64,000 nucleotides of DNA from Haplodiscus bocki (taxonomy: Eukaryota), in contig OZ296655.1 of the NCBI GenBank assembly GCA_965655095.1, forward strand, positions 14,508,001 through 14,572,000, given 5' to 3'. Both the position numbers and the translations under genes were made by a program. The notes beneath the pieces are model-generated. The model worked only from the letters and a program-made list of their open reading frames with translations, was not told the DNA's origin and did no database searches. Below are positions 63,641 to 64,000 of this stretch, piece after piece (within the stretch, counting starts at the first letter, position 1; every line of letters begins with the position of its first letter).

Positions 63641-64000
63641 ACTTCTCATGCTCAGATAAACATTGGCAGGAAGTAGTTTTTTTTTCTTGAAGCTTTGTTT
63701 GTGGCTTTGTCATCGAAAATCAACTGCACTGCAAAACGAATCAGCTCTGCGATAATTGAAAAAATTTGCGTCTGTAGTAACAATGGCCACTCTCAAGGTC
63801 GGGTTTAAAATACCAGTGACCAATTTATGTTATGGAACTTTTGTAGGATTTCACTCCCACTTGAATCCAATGGTTGTCCGATTTTGAAAAACCCCACATT
63901 TATCATGTCTGGTTTCATCAGCTTCTGGACAGTTTATCCATATGGATGTTATGGAGCTATTAGTTTCGCAACTAGGCATTATTATCCTTCTTTCTTTTTT

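Larger units (their letters stand above)
47950..64000 (-). mobile_element. Decayed Polinton/Maverick (adintovirus-like) endogenous element, right end beyond the window
   Basis: Remnants of MCP, penton, rve integrase, packaging ATPase, protease and protein-primed PolB co-occur within 16 kb, the diagnostic Polinton gene set. The left boundary is a guess. Confidence 0.93.

Overview
AT-rich eukaryotic (animal-like) genomic DNA with two assembly gaps and no intact long ORF; it reads as a graveyard of mobile and viral elements. (1) 1-~34030: a head-to-tail array of at least three diverged copies (register points 1, 17924, 30730) of a 13-18 kb, gene-dense, apparently intronless unit. Its decayed reading frames run on the minus strand and I cannot assign its proteins to any family. 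Spot checks show synonymous-biased differences between copies, so they probably diverged while still coding. (2) ~34000-48000: LINE remnants, a ~115-bp satellite in two inverted blocks, a MITE-like inverted-repeat element and several copies of a short interspersed repeat. (3) ~48000->64000: a heavily decayed but nearly complete Polinton/Maverick (adintovirus-like) element, mostly minus strand. It carries protein-primed PolB, a possible second PolB-like exonuclease module, a PC4-like protein, a probable cysteine protease, a packaging ATPase, an rve integrase, a minor capsid (penton), small basic proteins and a double jelly-roll major capsid protein. All protein calls come from manual translation across frameshifts and recalled motifs; no database search was run and boundaries are approximate.
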